Assembly (NCBI GenBank): GCA_965228895.1
Contig: OZ245842.1
Location: forward strand, 4,896,001-4,960,000
Length of the DNA: 64,000 nt
Reading direction: 5' to 3'
DNA from: Alphaproteobacteria bacterium
GTDB taxonomy: Bacteria > Pseudomonadota > Alphaproteobacteria > SP197
The notes under the pieces are model-generated. The model was not told where the DNA came from, did not search any database, and worked only from the letters and a program-made list of their open reading frames with translations. Positions 51,054-59,336 of the stretch are shown here, in pieces. Position numbers and translations under genes: made by a program. How positions within the stretch are numbered: the first letter of the stretch is position 1; every line of letters begins with the position of its first letter.

Positions 51054-51989
51054 ATGGGGAAAATTCAAAACCAGCCGGAGATCGGTCAGGTCATGACCTC
51101 GATCCGGCACCGCGTGGATCATCGGCTCGACCGGCTCGTGCCCGACGGCGCCAGCCGTTTGCAGTCAGCCATGCGCTATAGCCTTTTAAGCGGCGGCAAA
51201 CGTATTCGCCCGGCGGTCACCATGATCGCGGCCTCCAATTTCGGCTGCGACGACGACGCGGCGCTGGATCCCGCCTGCGTCATCGAGATGGTCCATTGCG
51301 CCGCGCTGATCATCGACGACCTGCCGTCGATGGACGATGCCCAACTGCGCCGGGGCCAGGCCGCCAATCACTGTGTGTGGGGCGAGGACATCGCAACGCT
51401 CGCGGGCATTGGCCTGTTGAACCGTGCCTATGGCGTGATCGGCGTCGCGGCCTTGCCTGCCGAAACCAAGGCCCGATTGATCACCACCTTGGCCGACGCC
51501 GTCGGCGCCGAAGGCCTGGTGGCAGGGCAGGAGCAGGACCTGCGCGATACCAAGGACCTCCACGGTGTCGAGCGGCTGGAGGAGCTTCAGCACCTCAAGA
51601 CCGGCGCGCTGTTTGTCGCCGCCGCCGAGTTCGGCGCCATCGTCGCCGGCGTGGACGACGAGAGGCTGGCGGCCGTGCGCGAGTTCAGCCGCCTCTTAGG
51701 CTTGGCCTTCCAGATTCTGGACGACCTTCTGGATACGCTGGGCGAGACGGCGGTGATCGGCAAAGACGTCGGCAAGGACGAGGGCCGCGCGTCCTTCACC
51801 TCCATCATGCGTCCGGCCGAGGCGCAGGCGCGCGCCGAACGCCACGTCGCGGCGGCGATTTCGGCGGTCGCACCGTTCGGTTCCGAAGGTCAGGAGTTCG
51901 CGGCACTCGCCGAGATGGTGCTGCACAGCCACCGCGAACGCCTGGGCAGCGCCACCCCGATGACCGCGACCGCGACCATCAACGGCTGA
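51054..51989 (+). CDS. crtE: Geranylgeranyl diphosphate synthase
   Basis: GGKRIRP, IDDLPSMDDAQLRRG, KTGALF, FQILDDLLD; start 51054 or 51093. Confidence 0.88.
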   Translation: MGKIQNQPEIGQVMTSIRHRVDHRLDRLVPDGASRLQSAMRYSLLSGGKRIRPAVTMIAASNFGCDDDAALDPACVIEMVHCAALIIDDLPSMDDAQLRRGQAANHCVWGEDIATLAGIGLLNRAYGVIGVAALPAETKARLITTLADAVGAEGLVAGQEQDLRDTKDLHGVERLEELQHLKTGALFVAAAEFGAIVAGVDDERLAAVREFSRLLGLAFQILDDLLDTLGETAVIGKDVGKDEGRASFTSIMRPAEAQARAERHVAAAISAVAPFGSEGQEFAALAEMVLHSHRERLGSATPMTATATING

Positions 51990-52936
51990 TGCCGGCGGAG
52001 TTGGTACCGCTTCAAGTTCAGGATGCGCGTCTCACACGGGGCGATCGGCATGTGCTCGACGGTATCGATCTCGCCCTTCAGCCCGGCTCGATCTATGCCC
52101 TGCTGGGCCCCAACGGTGCCGGCAAATCGTCGCTGGTCAGGGCTGTTGCCGGGCTGGTGGCACTCGATTCCGGCACCATTCGTCTGAACGGTCGCGATCC
52201 GCGACGCGACGCCGGCGCCCGCCGCTCGCTCGGCGTGGTACCGCAGGAAATCGCGCTCTACGAAAACCTGACGGCCATCGAGAACCTCACGTTGTTCGGC
52301 CGCATCGCCGGCCTCAGCGCAGGACCAGCGCGCCAACTGGCCGCAACGACACTGGAAGCGGTCGGCCTCGCCGACCGCGCCGACGACCGCATCGCGGTGC
52401 TGTCTGGCGGCATGTGCCGGCGTCTCAATATCGCCGCTGCTCTGGTCCATGAACCCGACCTTGTGTTGCTCGATGAGCCGACTGTCGGTGTCGATGCACC
52501 CGCGCGCGGCGCGATCGCCGATCTGCTGGCCCGCGTACGCGAGCGCGGCGCGGCCATTCTGATCGCGACCCACGACATGGCGGAGGCCGAAACTCTCGCC
52601 GACCGCGTCGGCATCATGGTTGAGGGACGGCTGGTCGCTGAAGGCACACCCCAGGCACTGACGGCCGAGGTGTTCGGGACCGGCCAGGATGTCCTGCTGC
52701 ACCTCGCCGCGACCGCCGACGGATCGGCAGCGGCGGCGCTGACCGGAGCCGGCCTTACGCCAAGCGATCAGGACCCACTGATCTGGTACGGCACCATCGA
52801 CGGCGGGTTTGCCGCGCTGGCCGCGCTCTCGCGTGATCTGAGCGCGGCGGGGGCCGCGGTCGACGAAGCCCGCTTGCGCGAACCCGGCCTGGCCGGTGTC
52901 TACCTGCATGTCGTCGGGCGCGAGTTCGACGCATGA
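51989..52936 (+). CDS. ABC transporter ATP-binding protein (ABC-2 type)
   Basis: GPNGAGKS, LSGGM, LLDEP, THDM; TGATG overlap with the crtE stop. Confidence 0.92.
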   Translation: MPAELVPLQVQDARLTRGDRHVLDGIDLALQPGSIYALLGPNGAGKSSLVRAVAGLVALDSGTIRLNGRDPRRDAGARRSLGVVPQEIALYENLTAIENLTLFGRIAGLSAGPARQLAATTLEAVGLADRADDRIAVLSGGMCRRLNIAAALVHEPDLVLLDEPTVGVDAPARGAIADLLARVRERGAAILIATHDMAEAETLADRVGIMVEGRLVAEGTPQALTAEVFGTGQDVLLHLAATADGSAAAALTGAGLTPSDQDPLIWYGTIDGGFAALAALSRDLSAAGAAVDEARLREPGLAGVYLHVVGREFDA

Positions 52937-54135
52937 GCCGCGCGGTCTTTCTGGCCTTGCTGAAGGGTCTGGTGCGCGATCGCGGATCGCTGGTCATGGC
53001 TTTCGTGCTGCCGGTGACGTTCTTCCTGATTTTCGCCCTGATCTTCGCCGATACCGGATCCGATGATCTGGTGCTGAAGGTCGCGATCGCCGATCCGGTG
53101 GCCAGCGAGGCAAGCGTCCGTTTGGTCGCGGAACTGGAGGCCGATCCGACGATCGAGCGTGTCGGCGGTCTCTTGCAACCGGACGACGTCCGGTCCCTGG
53201 TCGCCGATGGCGACGCCGATGTCGGTCTCATTCTTCGCGACGATCCCGCGCTGCCGGGCGAGCGCGCGCCGTTGCTTTTGATCGTCGAGCCGGCGCGTGG
53301 CGTCGCCGCCGGCATGCTGATGAGCCGGGTGCAGGACGCCTGGTCCGGCGCACTTGGCGATGTCGCCATCGCCCGTTTCATGGCGATGGTCGGCACCAAT
53401 CTGGTCGATCTCTCTGAAACCCAGCAGCGCGACCTCGACCAGCGCCTGGCGGAGATACGTGACAGCGACGGCGAGGCGGCTACGGACGATCTGTTCGACC
53501 GCGAAGAGGTCGCCGGCACCGGAAGGCCTGAAGGCGGTGGTGTCACCTATTACGCCGGCGCCATCATGGTGATGTTCCTGCTGTTCACGACCGCCAACGG
53601 CGCCGTCGCCATCCACGAGGAGCGCGAGATGGGCATCCTGGCGCGCATCCTGGCCGGTCCCGCCGGCATCGGACCCTTGATCGACGGACGCTTTCTCTTT
53701 TTGACCGCGCTCGGCTGCGTCCAAGGCGCGGTCATTTTTCTCGTCGCCTGGCTTGGTTTCGGCGTCGACCTGCCGAGCCACCTGGGGGCTTGGGCCGTGA
53801 CCACCCTGGCGACGGCGGCAGCGGCTTCGGGCGTCGGTCTGGCGCTTGCCGCGGCGACGACGACAAGGCGTCAGGCCCAGGGTGTCGCGACCATCACGGT
53901 GCTCATCCTCTCCGCGCTCGGCGGCAGCATGGTGCCGCGTTTCATGATGCCGCCGGCGATCCGCGAACTCGGCTGGCTGACGCCCAACGGCTGGGCGGTC
54001 GAAGCCTATACGGTCATCTTCTGGCGTGACGGCGTGTTGGACGAACTCTGGCTGCCCTGGGCCGTGCTGGCCGGGACCGCCCTTGTCGGCTGGGCCCTGG
54101 CGCGCGGTGCCGCCGCCCGGCGAATGTTGGTATAG
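52933..54135 (+). CDS. ABC-2 type transporter permease
   Basis: One TM, large extracytoplasmic domain, then about 5 TM; EEREMG, LGGSMVPRFMMP; ATGA overlap. Confidence 0.9.
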   Translation: MSRAVFLALLKGLVRDRGSLVMAFVLPVTFFLIFALIFADTGSDDLVLKVAIADPVASEASVRLVAELEADPTIERVGGLLQPDDVRSLVADGDADVGLILRDDPALPGERAPLLLIVEPARGVAAGMLMSRVQDAWSGALGDVAIARFMAMVGTNLVDLSETQQRDLDQRLAEIRDSDGEAATDDLFDREEVAGTGRPEGGGVTYYAGAIMVMFLLFTTANGAVAIHEEREMGILARILAGPAGIGPLIDGRFLFLTALGCVQGAVIFLVAWLGFGVDLPSHLGAWAVTTLATAAAASGVGLALAAATTTRRQAQGVATITVLILSALGGSMVPRFMMPPAIRELGWLTPNGWAVEAYTVIFWRDGVLDELWLPWAVLAGTALVGWALARGAAARRMLV

Positions 54136-54638
54136 TGCCGATCATGGACGACATCCTCAGACATGCTGCCCTGTTCCTGATCGCCCTGATCGGTATGGAG
54201 GCGGTCGCCTGGGCGACGCACCGCTGGGTGATGCACGGATTTCTATGGGTCCTGCACAAGTCGCATCACAGGCCGCGCACCGGGCCGTTCGAATGGAACG
54301 ACCTGTTCGCGGTAATCTTCAGCCTGCCCTCGATTGTCCTGATCTGGTTCGGCGTCCATGGCGGTCAGCCCGACCTGCTCTGGGTCGGTCTCGGGATCGC
54401 CGGTTACGGGCTGGTCTATTTCGGCTTTCACGACGTCATCGTGCACCGCCGCATCAAGCATCCCTATCGCGGCAGAAGCGCCTACATGAAACGCATCATC
54501 CAGGCACACCGGCTGCACCACGCCGTGCACACCAAGGAGGGGGCTGTGTCGTTCGGGTTTTTGTGGGCGCCGCCGGTTCGTGTCCTGAAGGACCAGTTGC
54601 GCGCCAGCGGCACAACCGTCGGCAGCCTGGCGGACTAA
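54135..54638 (+). CDS. crtZ: Beta-carotene 3,3'-hydroxylase
   Basis: MEAVAWATHRWVMHG, HKSHH, FEWND, HDVIVH, HRLHH, SFGFL. Confidence 0.95.
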   Translation: MPIMDDILRHAALFLIALIGMEAVAWATHRWVMHGFLWVLHKSHHRPRTGPFEWNDLFAVIFSLPSIVLIWFGVHGGQPDLLWVGLGIAGYGLVYFGFHDVIVHRRIKHPYRGRSAYMKRIIQAHRLHHAVHTKEGAVSFGFLWAPPVRVLKDQLRASGTTVGSLAD

Positions 54639-54653
54639 CGTCGCCCGGCTTGC

Positions 54654-55616
54654 TCAGCACATGTACCGGTGCTGCGCGCTTCGGCTCTGCGGCATCGTCC
54701 ACAGGCCGGCCCGCGAGGCATCCCGGTTGAGCGGCATCGGTGCACTGGTGCGCGCCGAGATCGCCAGGCCACGCAGCGCCAGATAGATCTTCCGGGGCTT
54801 CGGCACGACCGTGCGGTTATCCCAGGCTTCCGTGCCCTCGCGGCGCACCCGCCGGCCGATATCGCGATAGATCCCGCGCGCCGCGGCGATGGCCCAGGCC
54901 GAGCGGAAATCGAGCGCCTGCAGGCCCAAGACGGCGGAATCGTAATAGCTCTCGGCTTCATCGAGCAGGTTGCAGACGACACGATGAACGCCGGCCCGTG
55001 CCAACGGATCGGTGATCGTCTCCGGCGTGACGCCTTCGGCGGCGAGCCAGTCGGCGGGCAGGTAGACCCGGCCGGCGCCGGCATCCTCCATCACGTCGCG
55101 GCAGATATTGGTGAGCTGAAAGCCGATGCCGAGATCGGCGGCACGGTTCAACGTCGCCTGCTCGCGGACGCCCATGACCATCGACATCATGACGCCGACG
55201 ACGCCCGCCACGTGATAGGCATAGCTCAGGGTATCCGCCAGCGTGTCATAACGACGCTCCTCGATATCCATCGCGAATCCCTCGAGAAGCTCGAGCGGGA
55301 AACGCTTGGGGATATCGTGGCGTTTGACGACGCGGTGAAACGCCGTGAACACAGGATCGTCGGGCGGCGTATCGCCCATGGCCTGCTCGGTCAGGCGTGT
55401 CAGGCTATCCAAGCGCTGGCGCGCCGTGCCCGCATCGGTCCGGCTCATGCCAAAACCCAGCGTCTGACCGTCGATGATGTCGTCGCAGTAACGGCACCAG
55501 GCGTAGAGCATCCAGGCGCTCTCGCGAGTCTCGATCGGAAACAGCCGCGCGGCCGACGAAAAGCTGCTGGACCCCTGCTGGATCGTCTCCCGGCTGGTCT
55601 CGACGACACGGTCCAT
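54654..55616 (-). CDS. crtB: Phytoene synthase
   Basis: GSSSF, YAWCRYCDDIID, YHVAGVVG, QLTNICRDVMED, RVYLP. Confidence 0.96.
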   Translation of the reverse strand: MDRVVETSRETIQQGSSSFSSAARLFPIETRESAWMLYAWCRYCDDIIDGQTLGFGMSRTDAGTARQRLDSLTRLTEQAMGDTPPDDPVFTAFHRVVKRHDIPKRFPLELLEGFAMDIEERRYDTLADTLSYAYHVAGVVGVMMSMVMGVREQATLNRAADLGIGFQLTNICRDVMEDAGAGRVYLPADWLAAEGVTPETITDPLARAGVHRVVCNLLDEAESYYDSAVLGLQALDFRSAWAIAAARGIYRDIGRRVRREGTEAWDNRTVVPKPRKIYLALRGLAISARTSAPMPLNRDASRAGLWTMPQSRSAQHRYMC

Positions 55617-57139
55617 TACGCTACCTCCGCATCCACTGCGATACCGGCATCGGCCAGCATCAAGGATGCCGTTGCGCGGGCCGAACCGACGACGCCGGGA
55701 ATCCCGGCGCCCGGGTGGGTGCCCGCCCCGACAAGATAAAGGCCCTTCAGCCGGTCGTCACGGTTATGCGGCCGGAACCAGGCGCTTTGAGTCAACACGG
55801 GCTCCAGCGAAAACGCCGAGCCCAGGTGGGCGCTGAGCTCGCTCTTGAAATCGGCCGGCGTGAAGATCCGACTGGTGACAAGCCGATCCTTCAGGCCCGG
55901 CAGGCGATGACGCTCCAGATAATCGAAGATGCGGTCGCGGTAGCGCGGCCCCTCTTGTGCCCAATCGATCGAGGCGTGACCCAGATGCGGCACCGGCGAC
56001 AACACGTAGAAGGCCATTGCGCCGTCGGGCGCCAGCGACGGATCGGTCACCGACGGCGCGTGAAGGTAGAGCGAGAAGTCATCGGCCAGCTTTTTGCCAC
56101 CATAGATCTCCTTCAACAGGCCCCGGTAACGCGGCCCGAAGACGATGGTGTGGTGCGCCAGGTCGTCCGACCGGCCCTCCAAGCCGAAATAGGCGACGAA
56201 CAGGGACGGGCTGAAGCGCCGACGCTTCAGCTTGGAAGCAACCTGGCGCCCGCGCGCGTGGTGGCCGAGCAGCCGGTCATAGGTCATGACCACATCGCCG
56301 TTGCTGGCGACGAGATCGAACCGCTCCTCGCCGCCGGTTGCCGTTACGACACCGGCGACCTGATCACCTTCAACCAGGATGCGCTCGACCGGCGTCGCGA
56401 GCCGCACCTTGCCGCCGAGATCTTCGAACAGGCGCACCAGACCCCGCACCAGCGCGCCGGTGCCGCCGATCGGGAAGTGAACACCCCAGCGCCGTTCCAG
56501 CGAGTGGATGAGGGTATAGATCGCCGAGCTGGCAAACGGGTTGCCGCCGACCAGCAGCGAATGGAAACTCATCGCCTGGCGCAGCCGCTCGTCTTTGATG
56601 AAGTGCGACACCATCGCATAGACGCTGCGAAAGGCCTGCAGGCCGATCAGGTCGGGCGCCACCTTGATCATGCTCTTAAAGTCGAGAAACGGCACGTGGC
56701 CGAGCTCAAGATAACCTTTCTCGAAGACGCGCTCGGCGTAATCCAGAAAACGGCGGTAACCCTCGACATCGGCTGGGCTCATCGCCTGGATCTGCGCCAT
56801 CAGCCGGTCGTCGTCGTTGGTGTAATCGAAGGTCGACCCGTCCGGCCATTGCAGCCGGTAGAAAGGCTGGATCGGCACCAGCGTGACGTAATCGCTGAGC
56901 CGACGTCCGGAAAGCGCGAACAGCGCCTCCAGACAGGTCGGGTCGGTGATGACCGTGGGACCGGCGTCAAAGGTGAAGCCGGCGTCTTCGTAGACATAGG
57001 CCCGCCCGCCGGGCCGCTCGCGTGCCTCATAAAGCGTTGTCGCGATGCCCGCCGATTGCAGGCGGATGGCGAGCGCCAGGCCGCCGAAACCGCTGCCGAT
57101 TACCGCCGCGCGCTGGCGTTTTGTGGCGCTCATGTTCAT
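55616..57139 (-). CDS. crtI: Phytoene desaturase
   Basis: IGSGFGGLA, FDAGPTVITDP, GAGTHPGAGIPGV; overlaps crtY (ATGA) and crtB (TAATG). Confidence 0.96.
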   Translation of the reverse strand: MNMSATKRQRAAVIGSGFGGLALAIRLQSAGIATTLYEARERPGGRAYVYEDAGFTFDAGPTVITDPTCLEALFALSGRRLSDYVTLVPIQPFYRLQWPDGSTFDYTNDDDRLMAQIQAMSPADVEGYRRFLDYAERVFEKGYLELGHVPFLDFKSMIKVAPDLIGLQAFRSVYAMVSHFIKDERLRQAMSFHSLLVGGNPFASSAIYTLIHSLERRWGVHFPIGGTGALVRGLVRLFEDLGGKVRLATPVERILVEGDQVAGVVTATGGEERFDLVASNGDVVMTYDRLLGHHARGRQVASKLKRRRFSPSLFVAYFGLEGRSDDLAHHTIVFGPRYRGLLKEIYGGKKLADDFSLYLHAPSVTDPSLAPDGAMAFYVLSPVPHLGHASIDWAQEGPRYRDRIFDYLERHRLPGLKDRLVTSRIFTPADFKSELSAHLGSAFSLEPVLTQSAWFRPHNRDDRLKGLYLVGAGTHPGAGIPGVVGSARATASLMLADAGIAVDAEVA

Positions 57140-58296
57140 CGCGCCGCCTCGGCGGCGGCCGATTTCAAACACCCCAGGGCCGGCAAGATCGGCACCGGCG
57201 GTTTGCCGGAGAGAATGCGCAGCTTGTCGCCTATGGTCAGCCGTCCGGCATAAAACCGCTCGATCAGGCCCTCGGAGAGGCCATAGAAGCGGCGCAGCAC
57301 GACCCAGCGCCGTTCCGGCGAGGCCGCACGGAACAGCATGCGGTTCAGAAAACGGAAGTAACCCTGGCGCCGCCACAGGTTGAGCGAGGTCCGCCGCGAC
57401 AGCTGCGCCAAGGCCGGCGCATCCAGGGTCGGCAGGGCGGCGACCGCGTCGGCGAAACGCACCGCCTCGACCAGGGAATAGCCGGTGGTCGCGTGAAACA
57501 GCAGGGCGGCAAGTCCGGATCGCGCGACGTTGTCGGACGCGTCGGCCCAATGGCCGTGGGGATCGCCGGCCAGCGTGATCGGCAGCGACCCCGTCTCCTC
57601 ACGCACGACCCGCTCGATCGTCCATCCCTGGGCGGTCGCGTAGTCGGCGATGGCCTGGCGCGAGGGCGCCGCATCAAGCGTCGGCCAGTCGCTGTAATAG
57701 GTATCCTCGATCAGCATGCGCCGCTCGCTGAACGGCAGGGTGTAGACGAAGCGATAGCCGTCGGTCTGATCGACTGTCGCGTCCATGATGACCGGTCCGC
57801 TGCGCCCGTGCGGCTCCGAAAGCTCGACTTCCTGGCCGAGAAACTTCTGGTAACCCAGCAGCAAGTGCTCACCGCCGCGGTCGCCCCGGCCATCGATGAC
57901 CGCGCCGGCCTCAAGCCTCTCGCCGTCGGTCAACGTCACGCCGCCGGCATCGACATCGCTTACAGTGACACCGCGCCGAACCGCATCGCCCAGCGCGCCG
58001 CCGATGACCGCATCCAGGCGTTCGGAGGGAATCGAGCGATAACCGGTGGTCAAACGGCGCTCCAGTCCCGGAAACTGCACGTCATAATGGGGCCAGCGGT
58101 GCGCGACCAGCGGATCGATCCAGGCGCGCTGCTCGGGTTCCAGGTCCGTTTCGTAGAACGACCACGTGTGGTTGCCACCCAAGCGCTCGCCCTGCTCCAG
58201 CACCAGCAGCCGCAGCGCCGGGTGACGCTCGATGAGCCGCCACGCGACAAGACTGTTGGCCAGACCGCCGCCGACCAGAATGAGATCCGTTGACAC
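57136..58296 (-). CDS. crtY: Lycopene beta-cyclase
   Basis: DLILVGGGLAN, GGNHTWSF, YQKFLG, MDATVDQ, LIEDTYY, ERFYAG. Confidence 0.95.
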   Translation of the reverse strand: MSTDLILVGGGLANSLVAWRLIERHPALRLLVLEQGERLGGNHTWSFYETDLEPEQRAWIDPLVAHRWPHYDVQFPGLERRLTTGYRSIPSERLDAVIGGALGDAVRRGVTVSDVDAGGVTLTDGERLEAGAVIDGRGDRGGEHLLLGYQKFLGQEVELSEPHGRSGPVIMDATVDQTDGYRFVYTLPFSERRMLIEDTYYSDWPTLDAAPSRQAIADYATAQGWTIERVVREETGSLPITLAGDPHGHWADASDNVARSGLAALLFHATTGYSLVEAVRFADAVAALPTLDAPALAQLSRRTSLNLWRRQGYFRFLNRMLFRAASPERRWVVLRRFYGLSEGLIERFYAGRLTIGDKLRILSGKPPVPILPALGCLKSAAAEAAR

Positions 58297-58309
58297 CCAG
58301 GCTCCGTAT
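58283..58309 (+). promoter_or_regulatory. Putative RpoE-ChrR-type promoter of crtG
   Basis: AGATCC-N16-CGTAT, overlapping the crtY start codon on the opposite strand. Confidence 0.6.
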
Positions 58310-58355
58310 GTGCTGTCGACACCGACCGATAGACCCTACCATGTTCATCACCCTG

Positions 58356-58382
58356 TTACGCGCGGACGGGCAAGACGGATTG
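58356..58382 (-). promoter_or_regulatory. Putative RpoE-ChrR-type promoter of crtYIB
   Basis: Minus strand CAATCC-N16-CGTAA. Confidence 0.6.
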
Positions 58383-58399
58383 GCGGACATCTGGACGCG

Positions 58400-59200
58400 A
58401 TGGACGAACTGCAGTCATTGGGCGGACCGACCGGCTTTGCGATCACCTATGTCGCGCTCGTCGTCATCATCGCGCTCCGGTATTTCGCCATCGCCGGGCT
58501 GTTCCACTGGCTCTTGTGGTCGCGCGAGACGCCACGGGTCAAGACCCGGCACCTGAGCGACGGTCGCCCGCGCCCGGCCACGGTAAGAGCCGAGATCGGC
58601 TGGTCGCTGATCTCGGCCCTAATCTATGCGCTGCCCGGGGTCATCGTGATCGAGGCATGGAAAGCCGGCGGCACCCTGCTTTACACCGATTGGCGGCCGA
58701 TCGACTGGCTTTGGGTGCCCGTCAGCATCTTTATCTTCCTCTTCATCCAGGACACTTGGTTCTATTGGACCCACCGGTTGATGCACCACCCGCGCCTGTT
58801 TCGCATCGTGCATCTGGTCCACCACCGCTCGCGCCCGCCAAGCCCGTTCGCCGCCTTCTCCTTCCATCCGTTCGAGAGCCTGGTTTACGCGTGGCTGCTG
58901 CCGCTGCTCGTCTTCATCGTTCCGATCCATGTCGCCGCGGTGCTGTTTATTCTGACGCTGATGACCATCGCCAGCGTCTTGAACCATTCCGGTCAGGAGA
59001 TCCTGCCGGATAGCTGGCTGAAAGGCCCGATCGGCCATCACCTCATCACCGCCGCCCATCACGACATCCATCACCGCGACTTCACCAAGAACTTCGCGCT
59101 TTACTTCCGTTTCTGGGACAAGGTCATGGCGACCGACGTGATGGAGGAGGTCTATCCGTTTCTTGAGACCAGGCGCGAACAGCGCGAAGGCGCCGACTGA
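58400..59200 (+). CDS. crtG: Sterol desaturase family protein, likely carotenoid 2,2'-beta-ring hydroxylase
   Basis: His boxes THRLMH, HLVHH, HHDIHH; LRY...RAEI...YALP...GGT pattern as I recall it for CrtG; located in the crt cluster. Confidence 0.8.
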   Translation: MDELQSLGGPTGFAITYVALVVIIALRYFAIAGLFHWLLWSRETPRVKTRHLSDGRPRPATVRAEIGWSLISALIYALPGVIVIEAWKAGGTLLYTDWRPIDWLWVPVSIFIFLFIQDTWFYWTHRLMHHPRLFRIVHLVHHRSRPPSPFAAFSFHPFESLVYAWLLPLLVFIVPIHVAAVLFILTLMTIASVLNHSGQEILPDSWLKGPIGHHLITAAHHDIHHRDFTKNFALYFRFWDKVMATDVMEEVYPFLETRREQREGAD

Positions 59201-59203
59201 CGT

Positions 59204-59265
59204 CTAGAGCAGATCCTGTTTTGATGAAACCGGTCGACGGTTCCACCTAACCATGACCCGCTCTG
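59204..59265. repeat. Dispersed imperfect palindrome (CTAGAGCAGATCC family)
   Basis: First 13 nt identical to the array start at 4800; body aligns with 7045-7105. Confidence 0.75.
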
Positions 59266-59336
59266 TCCATGGCGGCGATCTGTGCTAGATCGTCATTCCG
59301 GTTCGCCTTTACTCCCACCGCTCGCCTGATCCCGCC

